Source: Theionarchaea archaeon (GTDB lineage Archaea > Methanobacteriota_B > Thermococci > Methanofastidiosales > SZ-28-30). From it: DNA of 64,000 nt. Made by a program: the position numbers and the translations under genes. How positions within the stretch are numbered: position 1 is the stretch's first letter; each line of letters opens with the position of its first letter. The notes beneath the pieces are model-generated. The model had not been told where the DNA came from and did not search any database. It was given only the letters and a program-made list of their open reading frames with translations. The stretch is taken from the NCBI GenBank assembly GCA_018992685.1, contig JACVGT010000013.1, positions 60,228 to 124,227 on the forward strand, in the 5' to 3' direction. Positions 61,166 through 64,000 of this stretch are shown here, in pieces.

Positions 61166-62434
61166 ATGCTTCCCAGAATGGTAGTGTACGGACTGAAAGC
61201 CTATGCAATCCAGTGGCAGTCTCTTAGTGCAGTCGAAAAGCTTCAAGAGAAGAACCTGCGACACATTGTGTCTCATGCCTACAGGAATTCCCCCTTCTAC
61301 AGGCAAAGATTCAAAGAGCATGGAATCACACCTGACGACATCGGGACAATCAATGACCTGGAGAAACTGCCCACCGTGACAAAAAGAGATATCATTGACA
61401 ATTTCTCCAGTGTAGTAAGCAGGGGATTCAGCAAAGAAACCTGTACCGTGGAATCCACCTCTGGTTCCACAGGAGAAAACATGACAATTCTCCACGATTC
61501 CAGGGCCATTGATTACTACGCCCCTGTCCACATCCGGGGACATATGGCTGTTGGATTGAGACCACACCACAGGACAGCCTACATTCGGTATAAGTCCATG
61601 GGTCCAAGCCTCGTAGAAAGATTTGGATTTTTCAGATTCTCCCACATTCCCTCAGACCTCCCCCCATCCACAATTATTGAACGCATGAAGGAAATCAGGG
61701 CTTTTGCCATAAACTGCTATCCCAATACCATGAACCTGATTGCAAAGGAGATATCTCAAGATGATGCTGAGTTCCTGTCGCCTCACCACATCGTGACCTG
61801 GTCAGAGAAGCTGACTCCGCGGATCAGGAAGACTGTTGAAGATACCTTTCACTGTCCGGTGTATGACCAGTATGGTGCATTTGAGTGTCATTCCATCGCA
61901 GCTGAGTGTACAGAAAAGAGAATGCATATTAATGCCGACGTTCTGGTAATGGAATTTCTAAAAGAGGGGGAGCCTGTGGCGCCCGGGGAGCGAGGCGAAA
62001 TAGTAATCACCAATTTATGGAACAGGGCGATGCCCTTCATTCGATACAAGATTGGGGATATTGGAGGACCATCTGATGAGATGTGTGAATGTGGACGAGG
62101 ACTGCCGCTGATGGAGGAGTTAGAGGGACGTACAGATGATGCTCTTGTGACCACTTCGGGAAGACCAGTCTTGCCCAGTTTCATCGTTCCCCTTTTCTTC
62201 CCCTACCCTGAAATTGACGCCTTTCAGATAGTTCAGAAAACGAGAGAAAACATACAGATAAAGATTGTAAAAGGGAAAACCTACAGAGAAGAAACAGACA
62301 GACAGATTATCCAGAAGTTCAGAAGTATTTTCGGCAACGAGCCCGACATTCGTATAGAACATGTAGAAGAAATTAAGAAAACACCGGGGGGGAAACTTCG
62401 GTGTATCATATGTGAGGTGCCCCAATGTTACTAA
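61166..62434 (+). CDS. Phenylacetate-CoA ligase-like (PaaK/CapK) adenylate-forming enzyme
   Basis: Motifs STSGSTG, YGAFE, MPFIRYKIGD and GRTDD. Confidence 0.85.
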   Translation: MLPRMVVYGLKAYAIQWQSLSAVEKLQEKNLRHIVSHAYRNSPFYRQRFKEHGITPDDIGTINDLEKLPTVTKRDIIDNFSSVVSRGFSKETCTVESTSGSTGENMTILHDSRAIDYYAPVHIRGHMAVGLRPHHRTAYIRYKSMGPSLVERFGFFRFSHIPSDLPPSTIIERMKEIRAFAINCYPNTMNLIAKEISQDDAEFLSPHHIVTWSEKLTPRIRKTVEDTFHCPVYDQYGAFECHSIAAECTEKRMHINADVLVMEFLKEGEPVAPGERGEIVITNLWNRAMPFIRYKIGDIGGPSDEMCECGRGLPLMEELEGRTDDALVTTSGRPVLPSFIVPLFFPYPEIDAFQIVQKTRENIQIKIVKGKTYREETDRQIIQKFRSIFGNEPDIRIEHVEEIKKTPGGKLRCIICEVPQCY

Positions 62435-63708
62435 ATTTGCCGTATCACGTCCTTCTGGCACTGAGAAATCAGTATTCCAGTCCAGAATCTCTAAGAAAGT
62501 GGCAGGAAAAGCGCCTGAAACATATGGTGGAACATGCCTACACGAACACTCAATTCTACCACCAAAAATTCAGAGAGGCAGGAATTCGGCCAGAGGACAT
62601 TCAAGAATTGAGCGATCTGCAAAAGATCCCTGTGATCAGCAAGCGCGAGGTGCGCGAACAGGGTGCTGGCTCACTGGTAGCACGTGGATACAATGAAAGG
62701 AATTGCGAAGTCCACTACACCTCGGGGTCTTCAGGCACTATGTTAAGAATATTATATGATTCTGAAAACCATCAGTACGAGACTGCTGTCTCATATCGAT
62801 ACCATCTGGGCCAAGGGGTGAGGCCGTGGCATAGGTACTACCTCATTCTGCACGACGAAAGGGAGCTTCAAGACTCTCGAAAAAGGAAATTCCTGTACCA
62901 AAAATTAGGGGTACCTGGAGATTTGCCTGATGAGCAGAAAATCACGCTGGCCCAGCAGTACAACCCTCATGTGATTGGAGGACATCTTTCCAGCCTCATT
63001 TCCATGGGGAGGATAATGGAGGCCCAGGGAATTAGCGACGTCAGACCCAAGATCTTGATCGTGGGAGGAGAATTGTCACTCCCTGTTCATCGTGAGTATG
63101 TGGAGCGTGTCTTCGGGGGGAAGACCTACGACAAATATGGGGCCTTTGAGGTGAAATCAATTGCATGGGAGTGCCAACATCGTAGCATGCACATTGATGC
63201 AGATTCTGTCCTTGTGGAGTTCTTGAAGGATGGAGAACCTGCTGCTCCCGGTGAGCGAGGTGAGGTGGTGGTGACCAACCTGTGGAATATGGCCATGCCC
63301 TTTATCCGCTACAGACTGGGCGATATCGGAGTGCCCTCTGTTAAGAGTTGTACCTGCGGGAGAACCCTGCCTGTGATGGAGATCATCGAAGGGAGACTGG
63401 ACGATTTCATCGTCCTTCCTTCAGGAACCCTCATTCCGCCTGGAGCCATTGTGCCCCTGTTTCTTGCCGTCCCCCAGGTGGATCAATTCAGAGTGATACA
63501 GGACAGGAAAGACTCAGTCAAAGTCCAGATCAGGCCAGGCCGAGAGTATACTGATATTGTGGAGCAAGAATTGATCCAGAAACTGAGGGAGACCCTGGGA
63601 GAACCTGTGCACATTGATGTTGAACGAGTTGAAAGCATTGAACAGACAGCCAGGGGTAAGTCCAGAGCTGTCATGTCCAACGTTAATGTGGATTTGTCAC
63701 GGTTGTGA
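62425..63708 (+). CDS. Phenylacetate-CoA ligase-like (PaaK/CapK) adenylate-forming enzyme
   Basis: Motifs TSGSSG, YGAFE, MPFIRYRLGD and GRLDD. Confidence 0.85.
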   Translation: MLLNLPYHVLLALRNQYSSPESLRKWQEKRLKHMVEHAYTNTQFYHQKFREAGIRPEDIQELSDLQKIPVISKREVREQGAGSLVARGYNERNCEVHYTSGSSGTMLRILYDSENHQYETAVSYRYHLGQGVRPWHRYYLILHDERELQDSRKRKFLYQKLGVPGDLPDEQKITLAQQYNPHVIGGHLSSLISMGRIMEAQGISDVRPKILIVGGELSLPVHREYVERVFGGKTYDKYGAFEVKSIAWECQHRSMHIDADSVLVEFLKDGEPAAPGERGEVVVTNLWNMAMPFIRYRLGDIGVPSVKSCTCGRTLPVMEIIEGRLDDFIVLPSGTLIPPGAIVPLFLAVPQVDQFRVIQDRKDSVKVQIRPGREYTDIVEQELIQKLRETLGEPVHIDVERVESIEQTARGKSRAVMSNVNVDLSRL

Positions 63709-63856
63709 ATGAGACCTCCGCCTTGTGAAGTTCTCAAAACAAAAGAGAGATGATTTCCTTGCTGAACTATCAGTCCAGTATTATTTCCTTCTGTAGCATT
63801 AATAGTCAATCTGATGTAAGGAAAAGTTTATTAGTTCTAGCAACCTCAGAATGACC

Positions 63857-64000
63857 ATGTTCTTGAAAGATCTGTACTACTTGGGGAGTATGTGGAGGAA
63901 TCCCAGAAAGCCAGTTCATGCTGTTGAGAAGTACCAGCTCAAGATGCTGAGGAGCGTTGTCCGGCACGCCTTCACCAATTCACCATTCTATCATGAGAAA
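63857..64000 (+). CDS. Third PaaK/CapK-like paralogue (3'-truncated by the window)
   Basis: MFLKDLYY...QLKMLRSVVRHAFTNSPFYHEK parallels the N-termini of the two upstream paralogues. Confidence 0.7.
   Translation, partial: MFLKDLYYLGSMWRNPRKPVHAVEKYQLKMLRSVVRHAFTNSPFYHEK

Noticed and set aside
1-64000. Mobile elements, rRNA, tRNA
   Set aside because: No transposase or integrase motifs, terminal inverted repeats, or tRNA/rRNA signatures recognised by eye.

Overview
Archaeal chromosomal segment: genes for Alba, eL41, PurP, geranylgeranyl reductase, LipS1/LipS2 and DUF835 proteins, with GGAGGTGA ribosome-binding sites and purine-rich BRE + TTTATA-type promoters. A Theionarchaea-like euryarchaeote is my inference, not a database result. 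About 55 protein genes cover housekeeping and C1/acetate/lipoate metabolism, two K+ uptake systems, four CBS proteins, KaiC/DUF835-type signalling proteins and a right-hand acyl/glycan-modification cluster (GT2, 3 GNATs, deacetylase, 3 PaaK-like ligases). I found no rRNA, tRNA, CRISPR array or transposase. The most unusual signals are four unannotated, promoter-bearing structured intergenic elements. Two are tandem ~100-nt hairpin RNA paralogues displaying an identical anti-Shine-Dalgarno/anti-AUG loop (~911-1305). One is a ~200-nt hairpin-rich transcript carrying a perfect SD and a 4-codon ORF (~22.9-23.1 kb). One is a ~110-nt multi-helix RNA with two GAAA tetraloops (35416-35525). Also notable are a SerK-like kinase/ATP-cone fusion next to a KaiC-like ATPase and a DUF835 membrane receptor, and a regulator sharing a promoter with a small lipoprotein-like peptide. 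All protein family calls come from recognising motifs by eye.
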